Assembly: GCA_016707685.1 (NCBI GenBank)
Contig: JADJHE010000018.1
Span: 5,447-69,446, forward strand
DNA length: 64,000 bases
Source of the DNA: Bacteroidota bacterium
Lineage (GTDB): Bacteria > Bacteroidota > Bacteroidia > 2-12-FULL-35-15
Reading direction: 5' to 3'
The position numbers and the translations under genes are program-made. Positions 43,145-53,579 of the stretch are shown here, in pieces (within the stretch, counting starts at the first letter, position 1; each line of letters begins with the position of its first letter). The notes under the pieces are model-generated. The model ran no database searches. It saw nothing but the letters and a program-made list of their open reading frames with translations, and was not told the origin of the DNA.

Positions 43145-44541
43145 TTGACAAAAAACCTACATACCGAAACCATAGTTGCTTTAGCCAGCCCTCAAGGCAT
43201 TGGCGCTATTGGTGTTATTCGCTTGTCGGGCCCCGATGCCATTCGTATTTGCAACAGCGTTTTTGGCACTAAAACGCTAAAAAAGAAGAACTTAGAAGAA
43301 GTTAAAACCCATACCATTCATTTTGGGGTAATTCACGATGGGGATGTTATTCTGGATGAAGTTTTAGCAAGTGTGTTCAAAGCACCTCATTCGTATACGG
43401 CCGAAAATACAGTTGAAATTTCTTGCCATGGCTCACCTTACATTCAACAACAAATCATTCAGTTGTTTATTCGTAAAGGTGCTCGTTTGGCAACTCAAGG
43501 CGAATTTACCTTGCGTGCATTCTTGAATGGCAAACTCGATTTATCACAAGCCGAAGCTGTTGCCGATTTAATATCTTCCAATTCAGCTACCTCACACCAA
43601 GTTGCCATGCAACAAATGCGTGGTGGTTTTTCGAACAAAATAAAATTGCTTCGTCAGAACCTGATCGACTTTGCATCCTTAATAGAGTTGGAACTCGACT
43701 TTTCGGAAGAAGATGTTGAATTTGCTGACCGTAGCGATTTAAAAAATTTAGTTACAAGCATTCAACGGATTGTTCAACGATTGATCGATTCATTTGAAGT
43801 TGGAAACGTCATCAAAAATGGAATTCCAGTTGCCATTGTTGGGAAACCCAATGCAGGAAAATCTACTTTGCTAAATGCATTACTGAATGAAGAAAAAGCA
43901 ATTGTAAGTGAAATACCTGGAACAACGCGCGATGTAATTGAAGATGAAATTAGTATTGATGGAGTTTTGTTCCGCTTTATTGATACGGCAGGTATTCGTG
44001 AAACAACCGACATTATTGAAAGTATTGGTGTAGAAAGAGCATACGAACAAATTAAATTGTCGAGCATCGCCATTTATTTATTTGATGTGCATGAAATAAC
44101 GCCAAACGAATTAAAACAAATTGTTTCAGAAATAGAACCACATCTTCACAATTCACAACTGGTATTAGTTGCCAATAAAATTGACAAAGAAGATATGGAA
44201 TATACCTACCGTGAATTTGCTGAATTTAAAAACATGATTTTTATTTCGGCAAAAGAACAAACGGGTATTGATGAATTAAAAAAACATTTAGTAACCCTGT
44301 TTGACAATTCAACCGTAAACGTTACCGAAACCATTGTTACCAATGCGCGACATGTGGAAGCGTTGCGCCATACCAATAGTGCATTGATAAAAGTATTGGA
44401 AGGCTTAAACAGCAATGTTTCGGGCGACTTCTTAGCAATGGACATTCGTCAGGCATTGCACCATTTAGGTACCATCACTGGTGAAATTTCGAGTGATGAT
44501 CTTTAACGAATATTTTCTCAAGGTTCTGTATTGGAAAGTAA
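43145..44541 (+). CDS. mnmE: tRNA uridine-5-carboxymethylaminomethyl(34) synthesis GTPase; terminal frameshift as sequenced
   Basis: The sequence begins TIVALASPQGIGAIGVIRLSG and has a G domain (GKPNAGKSTLLNAL; DTAGIRET; NKID). A TTG start is forced by an in-frame TAA 4 codons upstream. Adding one T to run 44502-44504 restores the canonical C-terminus ..SSDDLLTNIFSRFCIGK*. Confidence 0.9.
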
Positions 44542-44682
44542 AATACAAATCAAAGAAAAATTCAAACTTGTTTTTATTGAAAAATTGAGCAGCTTAAATA
44601 AAATCTGTTTAAAACTTATCCGATTATTACCGACTCTCAAGATATAAATCTATAATTTAGCCCTGTAATAATTAAACAATTC

Positions 44683-46944
44683 ATGCAAGGCACAACAAAT
44701 GAAAATAGAGAAGCATCCATTGCCTCTAAATTCATTAACAATACCAATAAAAATGTATTCTTAACAGGGAAAGCTGGAACAGGAAAAACCACCTTTCTAA
44801 AATACATCATTAAACATACTTACAAAAACACCGTTATTGCGGCACCAACAGGCATTGCAGCCATCAATGCAGGTGGCGTAACCTTACACTCTTTATTTCA
44901 ATTACCATTTGGTGCGTTTATTCCCGACCGTAATGCCAATGCAAATTTTACCGAAAATTCAAAAATAAATACACCCACTACCCTATTCAAACAATTACAA
45001 TTGAATAGTACCAAACGAAAATTAATTCAGGAATTGGAATTACTCATCATCGATGAAGTAAGTATGTTGCGTGCCGATTTGCTCGATGCAATGGATACTG
45101 TTTTAAGAAGTGTTCGCAGAAAAAATGCAATCCCATTTGGTGGAGTTCAAGTATTGTTTATTGGCGATATGCTTCAATTGCCGCCTGTGGTAAAGATGAC
45201 GAATGGAATTATTTAAAATCGTATTACAAATCGCCCTTTCTTTTTTGATGCACAAGTATTACAAAATAACAAACCCTTGTACATCGAATTGGATAAAATC
45301 TACCGTCAGGCAGATAATACCTTCATTTCTGTTTTAAATAATTTACGCACCAATCAAGTAACAGCGCAGGACATTGAATTGTTAAACACCTTTTACAAAC
45401 CCAGCTTTGTTCCTGCTAGTAACGAAAACTACATTCAACTTACAACACATAACACAAAGCGGATAGTTTAAACAAACAAGAATTACAAAAACTAAGCTCC
45501 TCCTCCTATTTCTTTAAAGCGGAATCAACGGGCGATTTCAATGAATTTGCGTATCCAATCGATCAAAATTTAGAGCTGAAAAAAGGTGCTCAAATTATGT
45601 TCATCAAAAATGACCCTACTGGTGCTCAACGTTTCTTTAATGGGAAAATAGGACGCATTTCGGATATTAATTCAAACAAAATTGAAGTACAGTTTGAGGA
45701 CGATTCAAAACCAGTGAGTGTTGAAAAATACGAATGGCAAAACATAAAGTATTCACTCAATGAAATGACAAATGAAATTGAGGAAAAGATTGTAGGAACA
45801 TACACTCAGTATCCTATAAAATTAGCCTGGGCAATTACCATTCATAAAAGTCAAGGCTTAACATTCGACAAAGCAATTATTGATATTGGAAGTGCGTTTG
45901 CACCTGGACAAGTGTATGTTGCTTTATCACGATTAACCTCATTAAACGGCTTGGTATTGGCTTCACCTATCAACTACAACAGCATAAGTATTGATGAAAC
46001 AATTAAGCTGTTTAGCAATTCGAAAGACACGACCGATGAATTGGATTCCATTTTTGAAAAAGAATCACATGCGTTTTCAAAATTACATCATCCAATGTTT
46101 CAGTTTTTCAGATACTGCTGGTAAATTAAAATTGCATTTAGAAAGTTATCAAAAAGATGAACAGAAATCGGCCAAACAAAAACACTTCGATTGGGCGAAT
46201 GAATTATACAAGGAATTAGAAGCAAGTAAAATTGTTGCCGATAAGTTCATCAATCAATTAAGTATTATTTTTCAAACAAACGCTCCTGACTACAAACAAC
46301 AGTTGCTCGACCGTGTAACTGCTGCTCAATCTCATTTTAGTCCAATCCTTAAAGGTTTTTCAAAAAAAGTGTTGGCACAACTTGAAAAACTAAAAGATGA
46401 AAAACGCATCAAAACATACCTGCAAGAATTAGCTGAATTGGATGCGCTTTTCTTCAAACAATTGCAATTGATTCAAAAAGCACAAGCAATGGTGCTTTCT
46501 GCTAATAACAATACTGAATTTTCGAAAGAAACCATCCATACAAGCAAAGAAAATGAAGAACGAGTAACCGAAGTAGGTGCTATTCTTTCTGAAACAAAAA
46601 AGAAAAAGACAAAAAAAGAAAAAGGGCTGACCGAAAAAAAAGAGAAACCCGATACCAAACGCATCAGTTTTGATTTATTCAAAAGTGGGAAATCCATTGA
46701 AGAAATTGCTACCGAACGAAGCATGGTTGCTGGCACCATTGAAAGTCACCTTGCCTATTATGTATCCTTGGGATTGCTGGATGTAACTCAATTTGTGGAT
46801 GAGAAAAAATTAAAGGACATTATTACGGTTGCCAATAGCTTGGATACAACCTTGTTTGGACCTATCAAAAATGCTTTGGGAGAAGAATACACGTATTCGG
46901 ACGTACGATTTGCGATGTCGTATTATGCGAATTCAAAAAAATAA
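44683..46944 (+). CDS. PIF1/RecD-like SF1 DNA helicase with C-terminal helix-turn-helix domain; at least 3 frameshifts as sequenced
   Basis: Walker A is FLTGKAGTGKTTFL. Walker B is LLIIDEVSML. Further motifs are GGVQVLFIGDMLQLPPV and AITIHKSQGLTFD. The C-terminal HTH reads SIEEIATERSMVAGTIESHL. The fragments are 44683..45216, 45277..45471, 45597..46124 and 45991..46944. Confidence 0.8.
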
Positions 46945-46991
46945 GTCGTAAATTAGAGGATAGTTAATTCTATTTTCAACTATCCTACTCC

Positions 46992-48097
46992 ATGAAAAAA
47001 CACATTCTTGCTATCTGCACTTTATTTTTTTCGATGATTTCAATTCATCTTATTGCACAAGAAGAAGAAGCCCAAAGTTGATACGGCAGATGCTGCTGGA
47101 AGCTTTATCAAAGTAGGGAACTACAAATGCGATACAGCTAAAGTGCGTTTAAAAAATAATGATACTAAAGCTGCAAACAAACTCTATTTAGAAGCCATAA
47201 AAGATTACAAAAAAGCTAAAAGCTAATGCTGGTTCGGAAGGTTATTACCGACTTGCCATTGCGCAAACCAAAACCAAAGATTATAAAAATGCGGTTTTAA
47301 GTTTTGATAAAGCATTAGAGATTGACACGACTAAATACGAAGCATACCGAGAACGTGGTGTTGCTCAAATGGAATTAGGAAAAATGAAAGAAGCAGAAAG
47401 TGATTTCAATAAAGCAATCGACAGAAATTATGAAGATGCTCAATCCTATTACTTAAGAGCAACATTAAAGGAAAAAGGAAAAGACAAACAAGCTGTAATT
47501 ACGGATTTATCGCAAGCGATAGAATTAAATCCAAACCATGAAGATGCATTGTTTAAACGAGGAAAATTATTTCATGATTTCAAAAAAGACTATGTACTTG
47601 CGCTAAACGATTTTAACAAAGTGATTGAAGTAAACCCAGATAGAAATGAAGCTTACTTTTGGAGAGGTAAAACAAAATACAATGGTGGAGATTTTAAAGC
47701 TGCCGACAAAGATTTAAGTCGTTTTTTAGAATACGAAGCCGACAATGTTGACGCACTCATCATACGTGGAGCAACCCGAATCAACATCAATGATAACTCT
47801 GGAGCGGTTCGTGATTACGATGAAGTAATAAAACAAGATCCGAAAAACTTCATTGCATTAACAAATAGAGGAACTGCAAAAGGTGCAATGAAAAATTTTG
47901 CAGGTGCACTAGAAGATTTGGATTTAGCAATTAAAATAAAGTTTGACTACTCACCTGCTTACATCAACCGTGCGTCCATCAAATTTGCTTCGGGTGATAA
48001 AAAAGGTGCATGTAAAGATTTAGAGAAAGCAGATGGCTTGAACAATGAAAAGGCATTCAACTTGATTGAAAAATATTGCAAAGAGTTCAATAAATAA
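46992..48097 (+). CDS. TPR-repeat secreted protein; at least 2 frameshifts near the 5' end as sequenced
   Basis: An ATG at 46992 gives MKKHILAICTLFFSMISIHLIAQ, a signal peptide. Shifted frames continue into ORF 47369..48097, which has about 6 TPR units (A..DF.KAIE.NP....A...RG). Confidence 0.7.
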
Positions 48098-48099
48098 GT

Positions 48100-49145
48100 T
48101 TATTCAATCAAAATTGATTCATTGGGCTTAACAGCATTGATTTTCATAGAGCCATCCGAATAGAAATCTAATCGAATGAATCCAGTCGATTGATCACTCT
48201 CCCACTTCGATTCAAATCGTTTTTTCTTTTGTAAACCCGACAATTTACTTCCGGAGCCACTAACAATATACTTATCATTTCCTATATTAAAATACTGCAT
48301 GTTATGATCATGGCCAGAAACATAAATTAGATGATCGTATTTATCAAACAAAACAAACATTTTTTTGCGAAACTGCTTATAATGTCGGCTATCGATGTCC
48401 TGAGAAAACAAACGATACAAACCAGCCAATCCAAACAACTGAAATGGTGGAACATAATTCACCATAAATCGAAGTGGTTGCATTTTTTTAGAATGATTTC
48501 CATTTGTATACAAAGGATGATGGCCTGCAATAATAACCTGTTCCTGATTATTTTTTGAATACAGCAACATGCTATCTAACTTTTCAAAAAACACTTTTTC
48601 AGTATTTTTTTTGAACCAATTGAATTCTTTTTAAAAACATGTAAAAACCATTGTGTGTCGATAATAATCAAACGAAGTTTATTTGCTAATAAAACAGAAT
48701 GTGGCCCCGGCAAAGCATCCTTTGGGTAAAAGGCACCGTTTAATTTATTTACAATAGTGGATTGATTTCGTAAAAAGGAATCAACGTACAACTGCTGAGC
48801 ATACAGTTTTTTATTCCCTTTTCGTTTTTGAGCATCCCAATCGTGGTTACCTGGTATAATATAGGCTTGTCCAACATATGATTTTAAAATATTTAATTGA
48901 GCATTCATTCGAAGAATGGAATTTGAATCTTTTAGATCCAAGCCACTAGGATACACATTATCTCCTAAAAACAAGACCGAACTTTTTTCATCATTGTTTA
49001 ATTCTTGCTTTAATTTGAGCAATGCTTCGTGCGGTTGCGTATGCTCACCGGCATCGCCAATTAAATAAACTGAATATTTTTTTTCTTGAGAAAAACTCAA
49101 CACAACAGCAAAACAAGCAATAATTAATAGAAAACAATTTTTCAT
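48100..49145 (-). CDS. calcineurin-like metallophosphoesterase (secreted); one frameshift as sequenced
   Basis: Signal peptide, then motifs YLIGDAGE, LFLGDNVYP, GNHDW, AGHHP and SGHDHN. The fragments are 48576..49145 and 48100..48594. Confidence 0.8.
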
Positions 49146-49147
49146 TG

Positions 49148-49802
49148 CTATGTTGTTTTTTTCTTTTTTGTTAAGGCTTCAAAATATTTGCAATAGGCTT
49201 TTAATTCGCATTCGTGGCACTTAGGACTACGAGCAGTACAAACATAGCGTCCATGCAAAATCAACCAATGGTGAGCGACTGCTACCTTTTCTTCAGGAAT
49301 AAACTTGATTAATTGTTTTCGGTTTCGAGTGGTGTAGTTGAATTGGTAGTGAGTCCCAAACGAGCCGAAACACGAAACACATGCGTATCAACAGCCATAG
49401 CGGGTTTATCATAAACAACAGAGGCAATTACATTTGCTGTTTTGCGACCAACACCAGGCATTTTTGCAAGTCATTTATTTCAGAAGGCACAATACCTTTA
49501 AAATCGTGAATGAGCATGTGTGCCATCCCTACTAAATGTTTTGCTTTATTATTGGGGTAACTAATACTTCGAATATATTGAAACACTTCATCGCTGCTTG
49601 CTTCTGCCATCACTTCGGGCTTAGGAAATGCCTTAAACAAAGCAGGTGTAACCATGTTTACACGCTTATCGGTGCATTGAGCAGATAATATAACAGCTAC
49701 TAATAATTGATATGGATTTTTATAATGCAATTCCGTTTCTGCAATTGGATGATTTTTGCTGAAGTAATCTATTATTTTCTCGAAACGTTCTTTTTTTGTC
49801 AT
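49148..49802 (-). CDS. nth: endonuclease III; at least 2 frameshifts as sequenced
   Basis: ORF 49428..49802 carries [17 protein letters not shown]. Shifted frames give [11 protein letters not shown].. and ..[28 protein letters not shown], the HhH-GPD motif plus the [4Fe-4S] Cys cluster. Confidence 0.85.
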
Positions 49803-49808
49803 AAAACA

Positions 49809-51114
49809 CTATTTATTATTCAGTCGTTTCAATGTTTGCCAAATGTATTTTTCGGAAGGAAGCAATGTATTTTGAATACGTTTAGCGTATTCAATACTAT
49901 CTGTAATTTCTTTATTTTTTAATTGAATGATATCATTTTTAACTTCTAAATTTTCATTTGCAATCGACAATGCCTTGTTCGACTTTTGTTTTTCATAATA
50001 ACGAAAAAAGAACAATAACATTAAAAGAACTGCTACACCAATACCAATCATTAAAATATTTTGTCGGGTTTGTTGCTGACTCAATTTTGCTTCTTGCAAC
50101 TCAATTTGTTGTTTTTGTTTTTCACTTTCATACTTTCCTTCTATTTCCAATACTTGTTTGTTACTTTCCACATTAAAAACAGAATCTTTGTAATTGGAAT
50201 AATGGATGTAATATTCTAGTGCTTTTTCGAAATTTAATGTTTTTGAATATAAGTTAGATATATTTAAACAAACCGTTTTGATATTATCATACGCTTTACG
50301 TTCAACAAAAATTGCATATGCTTTCTCATAAAAATCCAAAGCAATGGTTTTGCTACCTTGTTTTTCATAAGCGGCGCAATAATCTCATAAGTACTAGCAT
50401 TCCATAAGAATTATCAAGTTCTTTAAGCTGAATCACCGCTTTATCAAAATTCTCGAATGCCTCATCGTACCTTTCCAATTCGACCAAACAATTACCTATA
50501 AGTGTATAACAGATTGACAAGGGATACAACGCTTTTTGTTTTTCAAAAATTATTTTTGAACGTTTAAAATAATCAATTGCTTTTGCGGCTTCTTTTCTAT
50601 CCAAATAAATATTACCAATTCCGATAGAAGAAATAGCCATCATGTATTTACTAGAATCTTGTGCAGCAATTTCATAACTTTTAAGATACGACTCTAAAGC
50701 TTTTTCATTGTTTTCAAGTCCTAAATAAGTATTTCCAATGGAATTCATCAAATTACTCATTGCCCTTTTGTTATTCAATTTCTCAAATAATTTATAGCCT
50801 TCTATTGAATAGTGAAGAGCGGTTTTGTATTCTCCTTTGCCATTGTAAAAGCCTCCTTTGCGATCATATCCATCTGCTATGCCTGCTGTGTAATTTATTT
50901 TTTTTGAAAGGGCAATTGCTTTATCTGCATATAGAAGGCAACTATCATTTGCCTTGTGCATATAAGCTAAAGAAATTTTATTTAGTGTTTGAACAGCACT
51001 CGTATCTTCTGTAGGAAAATCTTTCAAATGCTTTTTTAAGCTGTCTATATTATTTTCAGCTGAAAATAAAGACAAGTGAAAAACAAAAAAAAGCAGTAGT
51101 AGTTTTGATGACAT
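49809..51114 (-). CDS. TPR-repeat membrane protein, short paralogue of the neighbouring TPR-SpoIIE sensor phosphatase that lacks the phosphatase domain; 2 frameshifts as sequenced
   Basis: It has a signal/TM segment, TPR units, a TM helix (ILMIGIGVAVLLMLLFFF) and a coiled coil. It then ends at ..ITDSIEYAKRIQNTLLPSEKY.., only 7 nt before nth. The fragments are 50365..51114 and 49809..50339. Confidence 0.65.
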
Positions 51115-51242
51115 TAGACAAATATAAAAAAAATAGATGCTATAATTGAAGCTATTTTAGAGAATTGTTCCCAAGTACCAGAGCAGTAAATTAACCTATT
51201 GATAAAGAGAAAGAAATATATTCAACAGAATGGAATAACAAC

Positions 51243-53447
51243 CTACATGCGTACTCCAATTACACAAATATCATCCACTTGTTCCATATCTCCTTGCCAA
51301 TGATTAAATGCTTTTTCGAGTGCTAGTTTTTGATAGGCTGGTGGATGTTGAATTATTGATACCATTAATTCTTTTAATTGAGATCGTTTGAATTTTTTCT
51401 TTTTTTCTCCACCAAACTGATCGGCATAACCATCTGTAAAAAGCAATAGCTGATCACCCTTTGCTAATTGCAGCGAATGATTTGTAAAACTTGTGAAATT
51501 ATCGGAATAGCCAATTGGCGATTTGTCGCCTTTTAGCTCAATAAATTGAGTTGAGTTATCCGATTCTTTTTTAAATATCCAAAGAGGATGGTTAGCACCC
51601 GCCCATTGCAATTCGTAGGTAGTTAAATTCAATCGAAAAATAGACATGTCCATTCCATCTTTATTCTCACCTATTCTACCCGACTGATTTAAATCACGAA
51701 TAAAACGTGCACGCAGCTGATTTAAAATCTCGTTCGGTGATAATAAATCTGCTGTTGCATTTATTTCATTTAAGAAGGAAGTGCCCAGCATGGTTAAAAA
51801 TGCGCCAGGAACACCATGCCCTGTACAATCAGCAACTGTTAAATACCAATATTTTTGAGTAGAATTTGCTGCTGCTTTTTCGAGCGACCAATAAAAATCG
51901 CCACTAACAATGTCTTTTGGTTGAAACAAAATAAAGTGTTCTGGCAAATGTTTGCTCACATGCTCTTCCTCTTTAAGTAAGGCTAATTGAATACGTTTTG
52001 CATACGTAATACTATCGATAATTTCCTTTTGTTTTTCATCCACAATTTCTTTTTGGCGCGCAATAATTCCATTCTTCTTTTTTGTATCACGGTAACGGTA
52101 GAATGCATAAATGGAAATTGCTACGAACAATGTCAAACCAAAAAAGAATACATATTTAAGTGTTTTTTCTTGCTTCAAAGCACTTTCTTGTGCTGCAATT
52201 TGTGCATCTTTCACTTTCTGAAATTCATTATTCTTGATACTATCCGCAATTACTCTTTTTTCATAGGCATATTGAAACTGCATTTGCAAAGCAGCTTTGC
52301 GCGTAGATTCATTCAATGCACTGTCCTTTAGTTTAATATAAAACTCATGCATCTGCAAAGCATTCTGAAAATCATTTTTCTCTTTATAAACCTGACTCAT
52401 TAAATCTGCAGCATCTGCTAATTCATTTACAAAACCAATTTCCTGTGCAAGGGAATACGCTTCTTTTGCATAGTTAAGTGCTTCGGCAGGCTTTTTAAAT
52501 TTTAAATAAATAGTTGCAACATTAATGGCTGTACTTACCAACACAGGCTTATCTGTACCTTTTGTCGACATGGTATAGGCCAACAAATAATTGTCCAATG
52601 CACCTTTATTATCACCACTTTCTTCGTACACATAACCAATGTTATTATAGGAATTAGCGATACCATCTAAATCATTAATTTCCTTCTGAATTTGCAATGC
52701 TCTATTTAAATACGATAAAGCTTCTTGAGGTTTATTACGTTTATGATACAGCAATGCTAAATTATTCATAGAAATACCAACACTACGTTTATCTCCTTGC
52801 TTTTCGCTTATCTTTAAACTACGTAAATTATAGCTAATAGCTGTTTTTATGTCGCCCTGACGATTATAAATAATTGCTAAATTATTCAAGGCATTCGCTA
52901 TGCCTGTATCATAGTTTGCGCTTTCATACAATTTCAAACTCTTATGATAACAATCCAAAGCACTTAAAATATCTCCTTGCGATTTATAGGCATAACCAAT
53001 ATTATTCAATGCAGCTGCCATTCCTATTTTATCGCCCAGCACTTGCATAATATCAATTGCTTTTTGATAATAAAAAATAGAACTATCCAAATTACCTAAA
53101 CTGTTATGTAAATAACCTTTGTTTATTTGCGAATTGGCATAATGATATTGTGCTCTTTTTTTTATAGCAGGCACATCACTTTTTAGTAGTTGTTGCGACA
53201 ATGCCTCCATTTGTTTATTGTAAACAGGCCATACATTATCATCTACACTCTTTTCAGCAATCGCATTTAATAAATGTAATTTAGTTGTGTCGTTGGGAGT
53301 TGATTTCAAAAGCAAAATCAATGAATCCACTTCTTTTTGTGCAAAAAGAAGATTCGTACAAAGTACCAAACATAGTATACTGGATAGTATCGTTTTCACA
53401 TTAGCAATATACAATTTTTCATTGATTAAACTAATTTTCAAACGCAA
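51243..53447 (-). CDS. TPR-repeat sensor protein with TM segment and C-terminal SpoIIE/PP2C-type phosphatase domain
   Basis: About 9 TPR units (NNIGY.Y...GD...AL.Y) and a TM helix (YVFFFGLTLFVAISIYAFY). These are followed by IIDSITYAKRIQLALL...IVSGDFYW...VADCTGHGVPGA...FTDGY.DQ. Confidence 0.8.
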   Translation of the reverse strand: MRLKISLINEKLYIANVKTILSSILCLVLCTNLLFAQKEVDSLILLLKSTPNDTTKLHLLNAIAEKSVDDNVWPVYNKQMEALSQQLLKSDVPAIKKRAQYHYANSQINKGYLHNSLGNLDSSIFYYQKAIDIMQVLGDKIGMAAALNNIGYAYKSQGDILSALDCYHKSLKLYESANYDTGIANALNNLAIIYNRQGDIKTAISYNLRSLKISEKQGDKRSVGISMNNLALLYHKRNKPQEALSYLNRALQIQKEINDLDGIANSYNNIGYVYEESGDNKGALDNYLLAYTMSTKGTDKPVLVSTAINVATIYLKFKKPAEALNYAKEAYSLAQEIGFVNELADAADLMSQVYKEKNDFQNALQMHEFYIKLKDSALNESTRKAALQMQFQYAYEKRVIADSIKNNEFQKVKDAQIAAQESALKQEKTLKYVFFFGLTLFVAISIYAFYRYRDTKKKNGIIARQKEIVDEKQKEIIDSITYAKRIQLALLKEEEHVSKHLPEHFILFQPKDIVSGDFYWSLEKAAANSTQKYWYLTVADCTGHGVPGAFLTMLGTSFLNEINATADLLSPNEILNQLRARFIRDLNQSGRIGENKDGMDMSIFRLNLTTYELQWAGANHPLWIFKKESDNSTQFIELKGDKSPIGYSDNFTSFTNHSLQLAKGDQLLLFTDGYADQFGGEKKKKFKRSQLKELMVSIIQHPPAYQKLALEKAFNHWQGDMEQVDDICVIGVRM

Positions 53448-53579
53448 TAATGAATGGGTTCAAAAGCACCAAAAAGCAATTGATTTGCAAAGCGAATAAT
53501 ATATACTGCTGGATATAAATTAAAGAGGAAACAAAAAAATCCCTAGAAATCCTGAGGCTGTTTATAAGAAAAATACTAT

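Noticed and set aside
33126-46944. The possibility that the multiple frame changes in the ABC and helicase genes are programmed ribosomal frameshifts or phase-variation switches
   Set aside because: The same kind of single-base homopolymer discrepancy hits unrelated housekeeping genes across the whole window. The runs are short (3-8 nt), with no slippery heptamer plus pseudoknot context. Sequencing error is the simpler explanation.
44683-49145. The cluster of SF1 helicase, TPR protein and metallophosphoesterase, considered as a possible anti-phage defence island
   Set aside because: The genes are on different strands and are separated by their own signals. The PIF1/RecD-like helicase with C-terminal HTH looks like a conserved Bacteroidota housekeeping type. 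The phosphoesterase and TPR proteins carry signal peptides, so they are exported. No nuclease, methylase or mobile-element context is present.
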